From contig OX597819.1 in NCBI GenBank assembly GCA_951406725.2, positions 100,068,001-100,132,000 of the forward strand: a stretch of 64,000 nucleotides of DNA, given 5' to 3'. The position numbers and the translations under genes were made by a program. Origin of the DNA: Octopus vulgaris. Lineage: Eukaryota. Positions 1 through 13,244 of the stretch are shown piece by piece. The notes beneath the pieces were generated by a model. That model worked only from the letters and a program-made list of their open reading frames with translations. It was not told the DNA's origin and searched no databases. Position 1 is the stretch's first letter. Each line of letters opens with the position of its first letter.

Positions 1-336
1 TTCGACGACAGTACGCAACTGGTACTTAATTTATCGACCCCGAAAGGATGAAAGGCAAAGTCGACATCGGTCGAATTTGAACTCAGAACGTAAAGACAGA
101 CGAAATACCTATTTCTTTACTACCCACAAGGGTTTAAACACAGAAGGGACAAACAAGGACAGACAAACGGATTAAGTCGATTATATCGACCCCAGTGCGT
201 AACTGGTACTTATTTAATCGAACCCGAAAGGATGAAAGGCAAAGTCGACCTCGGCGGAATTTGAACTCAGAACGTAGTGACAGACGAAATACTGCTGGGC
301 ATTTCGCCCGGCGTGCTAACGTTTTTGCCAGCTCGC
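1..336 (-). mobile_element. tRNA-derived SINE family 1, dimeric copy running off the window start
   Basis: The minus strand has A-box-like TGGCAAAAACGTTAG and B-box GAGTTCAAATTCC, then a GCCTTTCATCCTTTCGGG...AAGTACCAG central domain twice. It is the reverse complement of the copy at 39713-40107. Confidence 0.85.
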
Positions 337-1374
337 TGCAAAATATTGCCGACAGATTCTCTCTTCTCTCTTCAAATGATTGGCCAATGAAAAATGAATT
401 TGCATTGAAGTAAGTAAATAAAGAATAAACATAGCCGAACTAAGAAACGTTGTTGCAATTCAATGTTTCTAATTTCTGCATAACAATGATCGTGAACGAA
501 AGAAATCTGTCGGGGACTCTACTAATGTTTCTGTAACGTTCACAATTGTTAAATTACAGAGACAGTTATGAATGTTACAGAAGCCTTAGAAGAATGCCAA
601 CATGTACAAGTGGGTGAGATTAATATATTCTCAAAATTCCAAGTCTTCTATATGATTACTACGAGGGTCTGTCTTTGAACTGGACAACTTGGTAGAGACT
701 ATTTATTTAAAGGTTAAATTTGTACCATTTAGCAGTGCGGCAATATATTCTACTTACTCCATATTGCAATACATCTTGATACTTCGAATATGTACCAGAA
801 ATTCTAACAAAACAACATCATTCTAATATGGTAAAATGGTAAGTAGCCTTATGATCCCGTTAGGGTATATTATAAGGCATTGAATTTTACTGGTGCTTTA
901 TTCAACGGCACACATTTTTAAGAAGGTAATATAAGTGTAGATATACATAGCAGATGGATTGTCGTGGTGTTAATGATATATGTGTACATGAAATGATATA
1001 GACCGTCATGAAAACAAGATGGGATATACTAGATAATGCATCCTACCCTGTTTTTCTTACAAAAAGAATGGGCATGCGTAGATCTATTTTTATCACTCGT
1101 TAAGTGTAGGGTAACAGAAACAGTTGTTTTTAAAATTAGTATAAAACAAATTTCGAAGCAAAAACATAAGTCGTACTTCAATTTATTAAAGAATAGATCG
1201 CAGAGAGTAAGAAGCAATGTCGCACTACACTCAAGCCGAAATTCAAGAGATTCCGGTAATCTACACCATAAATAATTGCTTCAACAAAGGCTAAATGCCT
1301 GGTAACTCGTGGGAAGTCGACTAAATCGACCCCTTTGCTTAACTGGTACTTTATTTTATCGACTATCTCCTAAA

Positions 1375-1778
1375 TTGGATTCATTCTCTCATCGTCGTCG
1401 TGTGGCTACCTTGCCTCTTTTCCATAAGTATTTTCATGGACATTGTTCAGTTGAGCTCTCTTCTATGAATCCTCCTTTAAGAACTTATCAGTGATCAACT
1501 AGACTTGCAACCAGTTCTCATTAGTATACTGTGCAACTTCCTTAGTGTCGTAAAGCACTTTACAGTACCAGTTTCTTCCCTCGCACCTGTGAAGTTTGGA
1601 ATTCCTTCTAAGGGCTTGTTTTGTTCTTCAATATAACCTCCAGTCTTTTAAGTCTAATGTACATCGTTACGTATTGACTTCTGTCTAACGTCTATTTCAT
1701 TCTAGTAGCTATTACGTTTTCAGTGCTCTAAGGACCCTGTAACGAGCGAATGCTTTAAAAATATGAAAAAAAAAAAAA
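1375..1778 (+). mobile_element. 5'-truncated non-LTR retrotransposon 3' end (CR1/Zenon-like RT C-terminus) with poly(A)
   Basis: Translates as LDSFSHRRRVATLPLFHKYFHGHCS...SFFPRTCEVWNSF...YNLQSFKSNVHRY with stops. An A-run lies at ~1766-1778. It interrupts a family-1 SINE whose halves are at ~1310-1365 and ~1780-1880. Confidence 0.7.
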
Positions 1779-1779
1779 T

Positions 1780-2300
1780 GGAGAGGATGAAACGCAAAGA
1801 CGATCTCGGCAGAATTTGAACCCTGAACAAAAAGATCTTCAAGAAAAGCTACAAGTATTTTATTTTGCCAGTTGGCTGCCTTAATAATAATCCTTTCTGC
1901 TTATAGGAAAAAGGCTTCAAAATTTTTAAAGGAGAAGCCAAGTCGATTGCATCGAAATGATTCTAAGCATTTTACTCGACATGTTAACGATTCTGCTAGC
2001 TCACCGCCTTAATATTAATCATAATAGCGGTTTTATAATGCGGCACAAAGCCAGTAATTTCAAGGGAGGAACTAACTCCATTACGTCGACACCAGTACTC
2101 AGCTTGCTACAAGGCCATCAATTTAAGGGAAAGGAGTAAGTCGACTACATCGATCCCAGTGCTCAGTTGGTATTTGTTTTATCGACCCGAAAAGATGAAA
2201 GGCAAAGTCGACCTTTGCAGGATTCGAACTCACAACGTAAAAACGGACGAAATGCCACTAAGCATTTTGTTTGGTGCTGCAACAATTCTGCCAGCTTGTC
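1780..2300 (-). mobile_element. cluster of degenerate family-1 SINE fragments
   Basis: Repeated diverged GGATGAAAGGCAAAGTCGAC / GAATTTGAAC / GCCAGCT motifs match the 1-336 copy. Confidence 0.7.
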
Positions 2301-2834
2301 GTATTAATATCTATAATAATGTCGCCAACGAGGAGAAACTAGAATCAATTAATCGTAGCTATAAATATTCGGTGAAGGAAACACTTCGTGGTATTGAACC
2401 CACAGTAGTCTACACCATACTGCACAGAATTCTCTTCCTAAAATTCTTTCGCTCATCTTTCAAATAATCAAATATTATTATATGAGTCATTTAGCAACTG
2501 ACACGAACAGGACTTAATTGGTCAATTCTGACACCAACTTGTTCACCTTTCCTTCCTTTCTTCCTTCCTGCCATCCTTACCTCCATCCTCACTTTCTTTC
2601 TCTTTTTCTGTGCTTCTTATTGAGCAGAAGATTCAAAATTTATCTATTTTGATTGTCTCTCGGAAGAAGCTACTCTCCCTGGATATATATCTACCTACTG
2701 ACAGATCTAGTCACTCTGTCGAACATCTTAGAATGACTTTTGTAGCGCAATATCGTCATTTATTGAACTAATCTGTTAAACTGATATATTGTTTGTGACA
2801 CGGAGCCTTCTACAGCGGACGTGTACAACATACG

Positions 2835-3131
2835 TGCTTAGATACACACACATACACACACAAACACACACATAGGTTTCATAAATAAGTGTATACTACA
2901 TACACGCATACATTTATATGTATGCATATATATAAATATATGCAGAAAAACGCGTGCGTGCACAAACGCATTTATGTATGTGTGTATGTATGTATGCATG
3001 CGTATATGTATGCATCTATATATGTGAGTGTATTTGATATGTGTACATGTGTGTGTACATATGTATTTAGGTTTTGATGCATTGCTAGAGACATACATAC
3101 ATACATACATACATACTTACATAATGCGTAC

Positions 3132-3167
<36 letters not shown>

Positions 3168-3179
3168 GAAAATCTCTAC

Positions 3180-3232
<53 letters not shown>

Positions 3233-3439
3233 CATATATATATAACAGTATGCACGCAATAAATAATGAGAAAATACGTCTAAACATAATGATTTATGAA
3301 CATAAGTGTATTAATCAGGAAACTCAAAAGCGTAGATGCATAAGTCTTTACGTATGTGTATCTACACTCATTCATACACACACACACATATATATGTATG
3401 TATGTATATGTATATGTATATATATTTATTTATCTAAGT

Positions 3440-3489
<50 letters not shown>

Positions 3490-3779
3490 AGAGAGAGGTT
3501 ATGTATATACCTATGTATGTATAGATCAGTGAATCTATCAAAGCCAACACACGAACCAAAACACACACACACATACACACACCAACACACATACAGAGAG
3601 AGAGAGAAATACGCAAACAGACACGTACACAGTGCGACATACCATAGAAATACATATTAACATGGCTTTGTTGTAATCACCAACACAATGATGAATGCTC
3701 AGCGAAGTAGAAATGATTTCGCATAAAACTATATACACATTGCAAAGCAGTCACATAACCACATACGTATAGTCACAGT

Positions 3780-3821
<42 letters not shown>

Positions 3822-3956
3822 TGTCGTTTTATACTCGAGTGTACACAAATGCACACACCCCGACACACACACATACACACACACTCGTATACATAAATAT
3901 ATACATGCATACAAACATATATATAAAGTGGAAGGAAGAGAGGGAGTGAGAGAGAT

Positions 3957-4041
<85 letters not shown>

Positions 4042-4236
4042 CACATATGTATGTGCGAGCGATTGTCTAAATGTACATACGGTCATATGGGTTTAATTAC
4101 AAATACACTCTTGTTAATGATCTTCCTTCCTTCCTTCCTTCCTTCCTTCCTTCCTTCCTTCCTTCCTTCCTTCCTTCATTCATTCATTCATTTCTCGCTC
4201 TCTCTGTCTTTATTGTATATGTGTGTATGTGTATGG

Positions 4237-4289
<53 letters not shown>

Positions 4290-4290
4290 C
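2835..4290. repeat. compound dinucleotide/tetranucleotide microsatellite field: (TA)n, (CA)n, (GA)n, (GATA)n, (TTCC)n
   Basis: Directly visible. It accounts for the HT/YI/CV/SL-rich ORFs here. Confidence 0.95.
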
Positions 4291-5803
4291 ACAATTATTT
4301 CTATGCAGATCTATGAAGAGAGGCTACAAATGCATAAACTGCGGTGTCACTGTATTGAACGAAGTTCAGCTGGAATTGATATGTTAATATTAGCGTCCTA
4401 TGTTCATTACAAACTATAATATCAGTCTCGTAAGCATTGATATCATAGTCAGCTAAATCCGCCATGATATTTATACTATGTTTCACTAAAAAAAACATTT
4501 AGATCGAAACACATTCCCTCTTCCACTTCCATTTTTTCATTAATCTTTAAGAAATAAAAAAAATATCACAGTTGTTTCCCCTGTATTTTCTAATTTATTT
4601 AGCCAATGATTTTCTCGTTAAATTTGTAAATATGATAGATCAAAATTTACTTTGCTTGATTCCGACTACTAATTTTTCATGCAGAAAACCACCTTATGTA
4701 TTTTCTCCAAATATAATGCCATTCTGTGTTTATTCAGAAAATTCCTATATATGTCTTAAGCCATCTAATATATACAAAAACATTTAAACCATTTTTTCGC
4801 TCACATGGTCTATTAAAGCTGAAACATATATGGAGTTATCACCTTCTCTCTGTCTTCAGAACACTTGTTTGCCGCGCACGAGGGAGATTAGTAGCTTATA
4901 GTTATTTATATTGGCTACAAATTCGGACACAGCTAAACTGGTCCGCCGAATATATATTTATTTATACTTGTTGAGGAGGGGGTAGGGTTCATGACCTATC
5001 AATGAAACTAGCAATGTTCCTCTTGAATGTTTGTCAGCCAATAACTGCGAAAAAATTAAACAGAAAGCCGACATTCCAGAAAGAAAGAAAAAAAACTGTG
5101 TGTAGGGATTACTGCTTGGCCTGGTTGTGTTGTATAATGCAAAAATAATGAAGGAAGTAGTAACGAGTGTGCCAAAAATGATTAGGAGATGGTATCGACT
5201 TAGACATATCCGAGGAACAGAGAGCTTTGTTGTAGCCGTAGAACAGTCTCAAGGAGGAGGGTATGTATCGAACATAGGCTTCATTATCAATCAGTATTAA
5301 CTTAATGATGTTTCGTGATTATTTGTAATGTAAAATACAGAAAAATTGAAACACCTGAAAAATAAACATGAACTTTTCATCATTCCGTGGACGAGCAAAA
5401 TAAGTTGAAGTCTTCTGAGGTCTCCAGCTGAGGAAGAATGTACAACTTCGGCCCATTGAGATCTCAGTAAAAATACTCCGTTAAGATTTCCTCATATTTT
5501 CTAGCAGTGCAAGTGAACACGCAGAGAATTAAAAATTTAGCTCATATTTACTACTTCGAGATAGTATTTACTACTTCGGGGTATTTAAAATGTTGATCTT
5601 CATTTCCTGAACTTTCACTATAAACTATCTCACGTAGTTTGGACGACCAATTGCCAATCCATGCGACATCTTTAGCAATTAACCACCATAGTGGTGTATA
5701 CTCGTTTGCTAGAGATAGCAGTAGTTCATTCCACCTCGCAATATTTAGAGAACAAGTGACATCGATCTTGCGACCAGTGAATTAGCTGGTTAGAAAATTT
5801 CTA

Positions 5804-6038
5804 GGATCTTTTCCTTTTGATGGACGGAATTTTCTAGTTAACTAAACAATTTGAAACTTCGTATACTGGTAGAATGTGTCAAAAGAAAACATTATTGCAA
5901 ACAAAATTGAAAACAAAATTGTAATTTGTAAGTTTAACGTAGTTTAATTCTTCGAATTTTAACCAATGAAATGCCAGCATTTGAGCTGAAGTCATTTGCT
6001 GCGTCTAAAAACTCAGACAATATCCTCTTGCAACGTAA

Positions 6039-6126
<88 letters not shown>

Positions 6127-7118
6127 CACACACACACGTGTTATTCATCCTTCTTTCTTCTGTCTGTTTGTTAAGCAAAGGCCGAAGGAGGAGGCATGTG
6201 CTAGAAATAACAGCTATATCTTTTAAATCGATGAATTTCGTCGCCCAATAACAATATTAACGATATGTTTTGAATAGTTTCTTTATTTTTTTTTTACCGA
6301 AAAGGCTTCTCCTATGGCTTTGAAGGGCCAGAAACAACAAAAACAAAACAATAATAAGCCTAAATCATTCTAGAGGGTATGCGTGGAGTGTGGGTCGTAT
6401 TGTAAAAATTTGCGAAATATTTATTCATAAAAGGATGCCCCAGCTTGTCGGAGGCTGTGATATAAATTGGGAAAAAAATCCTCGATACCAGTGCGTAATT
6501 GGTACTTAATTTATCGACCCCGAAACGATGAAACATTGACCCTCCCCCCTTCTGGTTTATTTACCTTTTGTGTAAATTTGTTGCGGCAAGGGGCAAAACA
6601 CAGAGGGGACAAAGCATGAGATACAAAAGTATTAAGTCGATTCTATCGACACCAGTGCGAACTCACGAACGTGTATGTATGCTTGTGTGCGTGTATGTGT
6701 ATGTATGTCTCCGTTTGTATGTGTGTGTATGCTTATACATTAATTACTATGTGCTTGTGCAAATGTATATGCATGTGTTTGAGAGAGAGAGAGAGAGAGA
6801 GAGAGAGTGACAGAGAGTGTGTGTGTGTGTGCAAGTGTACGTGTGTATGTATCTGAATATATGTGTGTGTGTGTGTATGCGGCGTGCGTCTGCTATGTTT
6901 TTTATCAATATCGATAACGCAGCAAATGATTTGAGCTCAAATGCTGGCATTTCATTGGTTAAGATTCGAAGAATTAAACTACGTTAAACTTACGAATTAC
7001 AATTTTGTTTTCAATTTTGCTTACAATATTTGTTTTCTTTTAACACATTCTACCTGTATACGAAGTTTCAAATTGTTTAGTTAACTAGAAAACTCCGTCC
7101 ATCAAAAGGAAAAGATCC
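5804..7118. mobile_element. non-autonomous DNA transposon with ~200-bp TIRs and 8-bp TSD (Merlin- or Mutator-like)
   Basis: 5804-6004 is the near reverse complement of 6917-7118 (GGATCTTTTCCTTTTGATGGACGGA... / ...TCCGTCCATCAAAAGGAAAAGATCC). AATTTCTA is duplicated at 5796-5803 and 7119-7126. Confidence 0.85.
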
Positions 7119-7392
7119 AATTTCTATAAGAGATGAAAGCAGTAACTACACTGAGAAGTAATGCTTATCGCCACCTAAACATGGCAATATAATCCCAGGA
7201 GAATGACCACAAAGAGGTCAAAACCGTACGTTCTGGAGGTCGTGTGACTAAAAGTTGGTTAGATTTCACTGCACTGCTTGCAATATATGGCATCGAATAA
7301 CCAGCTGGAGGAGCGCCCTTCTGGGGTTAAAAATAGCAGTACATCGGTTCCTACAGAACAGCCATGTTTAATTTGTAATAAACATTACCTAC

Positions 7393-7448
<56 letters not shown>

Positions 7449-8439
7449 AAAACCAAGAGGAGAGTGGAGAGTTTTTCACATCTAAAACGTTTTATTAAGA
7501 AGTTTTCTACAGCGTATATAACAATGACCAGCATACGACTCTACTCTAGCAACTACACATTGTTCTGTATGAAATTATGCACCCTAGTCGCTACAATTTT
7601 ATCAACGCTCCATCACTTACGACGTTTTCTAAGTGAACTAATTCAAAAAAGCTCCCTGCGTTAGTATTCAGTTGAAGATGATGGCGCTACTTTTTAAATC
7701 GAATTGAATTTTGGTCTTATAATCACCTTTACTGGTATTACATTTCAATCGTAGTTTTAAAACGTTTATTTATATTACAATTAATTGTAGTAGTTCTGTT
7801 TTCCTTTCATACACACACACACACACACACACACATACACAAAGAAACATGCATACATACATCTCACCCTTTTTCCTCCCACCCTAGTACGTATATGTGA
7901 ACGGCACCGTTTCCTATTTTCTACCATATTCCGTAACTCTATCTTCCTCACTTAAATTCTTCTCTCTCCACCAGTCAAACAACTCGTTTCTCTTCCTCTC
8001 ACTCATTCTGTACCCCCCACCGACTCTCATCTCTCAATTACACAGTTTATAAGCCCTTCACTTTCGTAGCATTAACTCTTTTTTATATTCCTATTTTATC
8101 CCTCTCCCTCTCTTTTGCTCTCTTTTCCTACGTCTCCCAAGTCCAACAATCCCATTCTTAAATTCTTGAATTTTTCTCCAATTTAATTGTCTGTCCCTTA
8201 TTCTCTTTCTCTCTTACACTTTTACTCACTCGATTCATTTACATCCTTCAACTCTCTTTCGCTCTCTTTCTCTGCCCGTCTGTCTGTCTGTTTGTCTCTC
8301 TCTCTCTTTTTTTCTCTCTCTCCCTCTCTCAAATATCCACGCTTATGTAAATTCAACACATCTTCCATATCCCTTCTCCCTTTCAGTCCCTTCTCCCTTT
8401 CAGTAATCTCACCTTACCTGCATCACTATTTCCTTACCT

Positions 8440-8755
8440 CTCTTCACTCCACCGTCACCACTACCACCATTACAATACCTCTCTCATCACTCTCCCACCA
8501 TACCAACACTCTCGCCACTACTACTACTACTACGACTACCACCACCACCACCACAACCGCCACTACTACTACTACTACCACCACCACCACCACCACTACT
8601 AGTACTACTAACACCACCACCACCACCACCACCACCGCCACTACTACTACTACTACCACCACCACCACCACCACCACTACTACTACTACCAGCACCACCA
8701 GCACCACCAGCACCACCAGCACCACCACCAGCACCAGCACCATACCACCATCACC

Positions 8756-8789
<34 letters not shown>

Positions 8790-8810
8790 GCACCACCACC
8801 ACCGCTGCTG

Positions 8811-8852
<42 letters not shown>

Positions 8853-9830
8853 ATCCTTTTCTCTTCCAGAGCCTTCCACAGCTATTCTATCCTGATAATA
8901 CCATACTGATATCTAACATTTAGCCTTAACTATCAACCCACCCCACAATTATCCACAATTATCCGTTCCAAAGATCTTTCTCTTTATTTCACACAGTTCC
9001 TCAATACAAACCTGCCGTAAGAAGCTGTTCTACAACTCTTCCGCCTCGTTGGTTACAGGCTACTCCCTTACTGCCACTGCTATTACTATCCCTCTTCGAC
9101 ACCGCCACCATTATTATCACCGCAAACTTCATAAGCAAAGCCACCACCGCCACCACAATCACCACGATCACCACCACCACCACCACCACCACCGCCGCCA
9201 CCACCACCACGATCACCACGATCACCACCACAACCACCACCACCACCACCACCACCGCCGCCGCCACCACCACCACCACCAGCACCGCCGCCGCCAACAC
9301 TACTGCCACCGCCGCCGCCGCCACCACCACCACCACAATGTATCCTCCCCAACGCGACCATAACACCTCTCATCCCCACCATCGCTATTACCACAACAAC
9401 CAATGCAACCACCACCATTACTACCACTTGTACAACAATTAGTCAAACTACAGGGGTAACTACATCCACCTTCGCAACGTTAAACAACTACCGCTGTTAC
9501 CATTACCAGTACTATCTCAACCACTGTACCACCACAGTACCATCACTATACTAGCATCAGCACCTTAGCCACAACTACCATTACAACCGCATCCATTACA
9601 CTCCACCACCACTACTACTTTCACTACCACTAGCATCAATACCATCAATGCACAGTCACAACTACAACCGACACCGTCACCACTATCACTTAGGACAATA
9701 CCACTACCATTATTTCTGGCAGCATCATCATCATACCACCACAATACTAGCAAAACTATGACCACTACCGTAACTTCAGCCAATACCACCAATTCCTTCA
9801 CTACTATCGATGCTACTACATCTACCATCA
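8440..9830. repeat. degenerate (ACC)/(ACT)/(ATC) trinucleotide low-complexity block
   Basis: Directly visible. It gives poly-T/H/V/G pseudo-ORFs in several frames. Confidence 0.9.
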
Positions 9831-9834
9831 CTAC

Positions 9835-10218
9835 TGGAAGCACTCCGTCGGTTACGACGATGAGGGTTCCTGCTGGTCCGAATCAACGGAACAGCCTGCT
9901 CGTGAAATTAACGTGTAAGTGGCTGAGCACTCCACAGACACGTGCACCCTTAACGTAGTTCTCGGGGATATTCAGCGTGACACAGAGAGTGACAAGGCCG
10001 GCCCCTTGAAATACAGGTACAACAGAAACAGGAAGTAAGAGTGAGAGAAAGTTGTGGTGAAAGAGTACAGCAGGGATCACCACCATCCCCTGCCGGAGCG
10101 TCGTGGAGCTTTTAGGTGTTTTCGCTCAATAAACACTCACAACGCCCGGTCTGGGAATCGAAACCGCGATCCTATGACCGCGAGTCCGCTTCCCTAACCA
10201 CTGGGCCATTTCGCCTCC
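9835..10218 (-). mobile_element. tRNA(Arg)-like SINE family 3, full length
   Basis: The minus strand begins GGAGGCGAAATGGCCCAGTGGTTAGGG..GGACTCGCGG..GGTTTCGATTCCC (A box, TCG anticodon-like loop, B box). ACCATCACTAC flanks both sides (9824-9834, 10219-10229), though in low-complexity context. Confidence 0.85.
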
Positions 10219-10529
10219 ACCATCACTACCATCACTACTACTGCTACGACGTCTATATGCCTCCATCAGAATCACAACCACCTCCACCGACGCCGCCATC
10301 AGTACTACTATTAAGCTCCTTCTCACTATCAGCCCTACCTTACACACAACCTCCACCACCGACTACATAAGCGCTATCTTCTACCAACACGCCAACTACA
10401 ACACCCACCATCACCACCAACTCTACCGCAGTGACTATCACCACCACCACCACCACTATTCTTCTCCTTGCCTTCGCCACCACCGCCACCATCATCACTT
10501 CTCTCGATAACAACAACAGCAGCAATAAG

Positions 10530-10725
10530 TGGCGGCGCAATGGTCCAGTGGATAGGGCAGCGGACTCGCGGTCGTAAGAACGCGGTTTTGATTCCCAGAC
10601 CGGGCATTGCGATTGTTTATTGAGCAAAAAACACCTAAGCTCCACGAGGCTGCGGCGGGGAGAGGTGGGGAACCCCGCTCTACTCTTTCACCACAACTTT
10701 CTCTCATTCTTTCTTCCTACTTCTG
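10530..10725 (+). mobile_element. SINE family 3, 3'-truncated copy
   Basis: GGCGGCGCAATGGTCCAGTGGATAGGGCAGCGGACTCGCGG...CTCTTTCACCACAACTTTCTCTCA aligns to the head of the 9835-10218 copy. Confidence 0.85.
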
Positions 10726-11459
10726 CCACAAATCAGAGGAACCATGGTGTAACACATTATGGTGTGGTAAACTTCCAGACCCTAGTCTAGATTGCGAATC
10801 CTCCTCTCCAGCAGTTAAAAGCCACTGTTTACGGAATGAGGATAACAACGTAGCTTTCGCGCCCGTGCAACCGCCAGTCTATCGCGTGTGGTGGGTGGAT
10901 CTTCAAGTTGCCACACACATTCTTAGTAGCTTAGAGTAGGCTCGAATTAGAGATTATTCTTTGTGGCTAATGGCGTGAGTACTGACTGAAAGAAGAAGAA
11001 AACAACATGAGCAGCAGCAACAACAGCAGCAACAACAGAAGCAACAGCAACAACAACAGCAACAATTGCTTAAACACAGAATAAAGCAACAACCAACAAT
11101 GCAATTAAGAAACCGAGGTGCAACCTCAACATGGTCACTCAATCTGCTAGAAATCCGGCCATATTTCCCACAGATTACAACCTCCTAGGAAGAATATGTT
11201 GGACAATGTTTTCCTTGGCATACCAGACGTGATGATCGCGGTTCGAATAGGGTTGACAACAAAACAACGACAAAACACTATCAGCAGCTACTGTTTGAAC
11301 AACGATTTTGTGGTTGCTCGGCCTGCTAAAAATAGCAGTCAGATTGTTTCAAACTGCTATATTATTCTGAAACCACATGTCAACATGGAATATGTTTAGA
11401 TATGTTCAAAACTATTAAACATAACAGTCAAATCTCCCTCAAATACAAACTTCGTTTTA

Positions 11460-11493
<34 letters not shown>

Positions 11494-12094
11494 ATAGCCT
11501 CATCATCATTATGATGGTCGATGTCCTCCCCCTCCTCCACTTCATCATCATCATCAACACCACCACCACCACCAACATGTGACCTACCTTTGGCAGATCC
11601 TTGATGACTACATTCTTCGACTACAATGAAATGGGAGTGGTTGATTTGTAGGAATGTCATCAGTGAATGCAATAGAGTGGAGATAACCAAGGAAGACATC
11701 GTTTCCAAACCCTACGCTTCAAGGATGGAGGCACTTATATGGACTTACCCTAACCCTACCAGCACTAAATTACCATCAACACAAAGAGTAACAAAGAAAG
11801 TGAAGTAGTCTCTAGAGTCTAGGTGATAACTGGGCGGCTAAAAATAATAGCTAATTTTTCTTCTAAATCACACCTTGCCATCCTAACAAGGTGGAGTGCT
11901 TATTCGAGTACTCAGTTTTAGATAGAAATAAAATCAAATAAAAATAAAGCGAAAGGTTTAGGCAGGGTGTGAACCAACTTTGATCATAGGTCAAGTGTAT
12001 CTCAGAACTGACAGAGGGCTAATCATCTTCATTATCTTTCCCGCCGCCGCCGCCGCTTTTGTTTTCTTCACCTGTCCCATCAATAGCAGTAGGA

Positions 12095-12265
<171 letters not shown>

Positions 12266-12672
12266 AGCAGCATCACTAATACTCCAGCACCAGCTGTCTC
12301 ATCGCAACCACCTCTAACAAGACCAACTCCATCACATTTATTAACACAAACGCCTACCAACGTCAGTCCCGACTCCATCAACACCACCATCACCTCCACC
12401 GCCACCAGGTCGACTCCCAGCTCCATCAACACTACCATTACCTCAACAAAACCAACTCACTTCGGCCAGCATCACCATCATATCTATCAACATCAACGTT
12501 GCTCCCATCTCCATTAGCATCAACACCACCACCACCACCACCACAATCACCTCTGCCACATATGAAGCTAAGCAAGAGCAACCACTTGCTAACCGCCACC
12601 AAATAGTACAATTATACCTACAACTACAAACACTATGTGCTCGTGTATGTATTTATATATATACACATACAT

Positions 12673-12715
<43 letters not shown>

Positions 12716-12767
12716 GAACAAGCATACATACACTACATATACACATACACACATATACATATACATG

Positions 12768-12859
<92 letters not shown>

Positions 12860-13244
12860 TATAGATATCGAAATAGCAATGATTTCCGGTAAACAACTGA
12901 TAAGGGCAGTTTCGATTTCTAAATGTCTGCTTTGTGCTGTTTCCACTGTTCCTGTAATTTTCTTTTGTGTCCGTCATTGTATGTATGTTTGTACATAGGT
13001 TTTGCAAAAGCAAAATCCTTAACATGGCTATACTTAACGCTAGAAGTTACTTTATCTGCCAACAATTATTGATACATTATAGGAGTTCTCAGCTGTTTTT
13101 TTTTTTTATCTATGAACCCTTTTGATTCGTATTTCAATCTGCTGCACCACCTATAGCCATTCGATGTTTAAAAACTAGTTTTGTAGAAATTGCTTTAAAA
13201 ACTACGTTTTGCTTTTCACTCATTAACTTGTGTAAGTTGAACTA

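Noticed and set aside
2838-4419. ORFs rich in YI, HT, CV and SL (also at 15.6k, 26-27k, 35-36k, 42k, 45k, 53-55k)
   Set aside because: They are translations of dinucleotide/tetranucleotide microsatellites, open in several frames on both strands.
8187-9843. Mucin-like poly-Thr and His-rich ORFs (also 12059-12517, 14832-15611, 19310-19921)
   Set aside because: Trinucleotide low complexity with no domain, no splice evidence and frequent frame changes.
10140-10218. Functional tRNA-Arg gene
   Set aside because: The tRNA-like head runs into a ~300-bp body shared with another copy, has TSD-like flanks and lacks a proper acceptor stem, so it is a SINE head.
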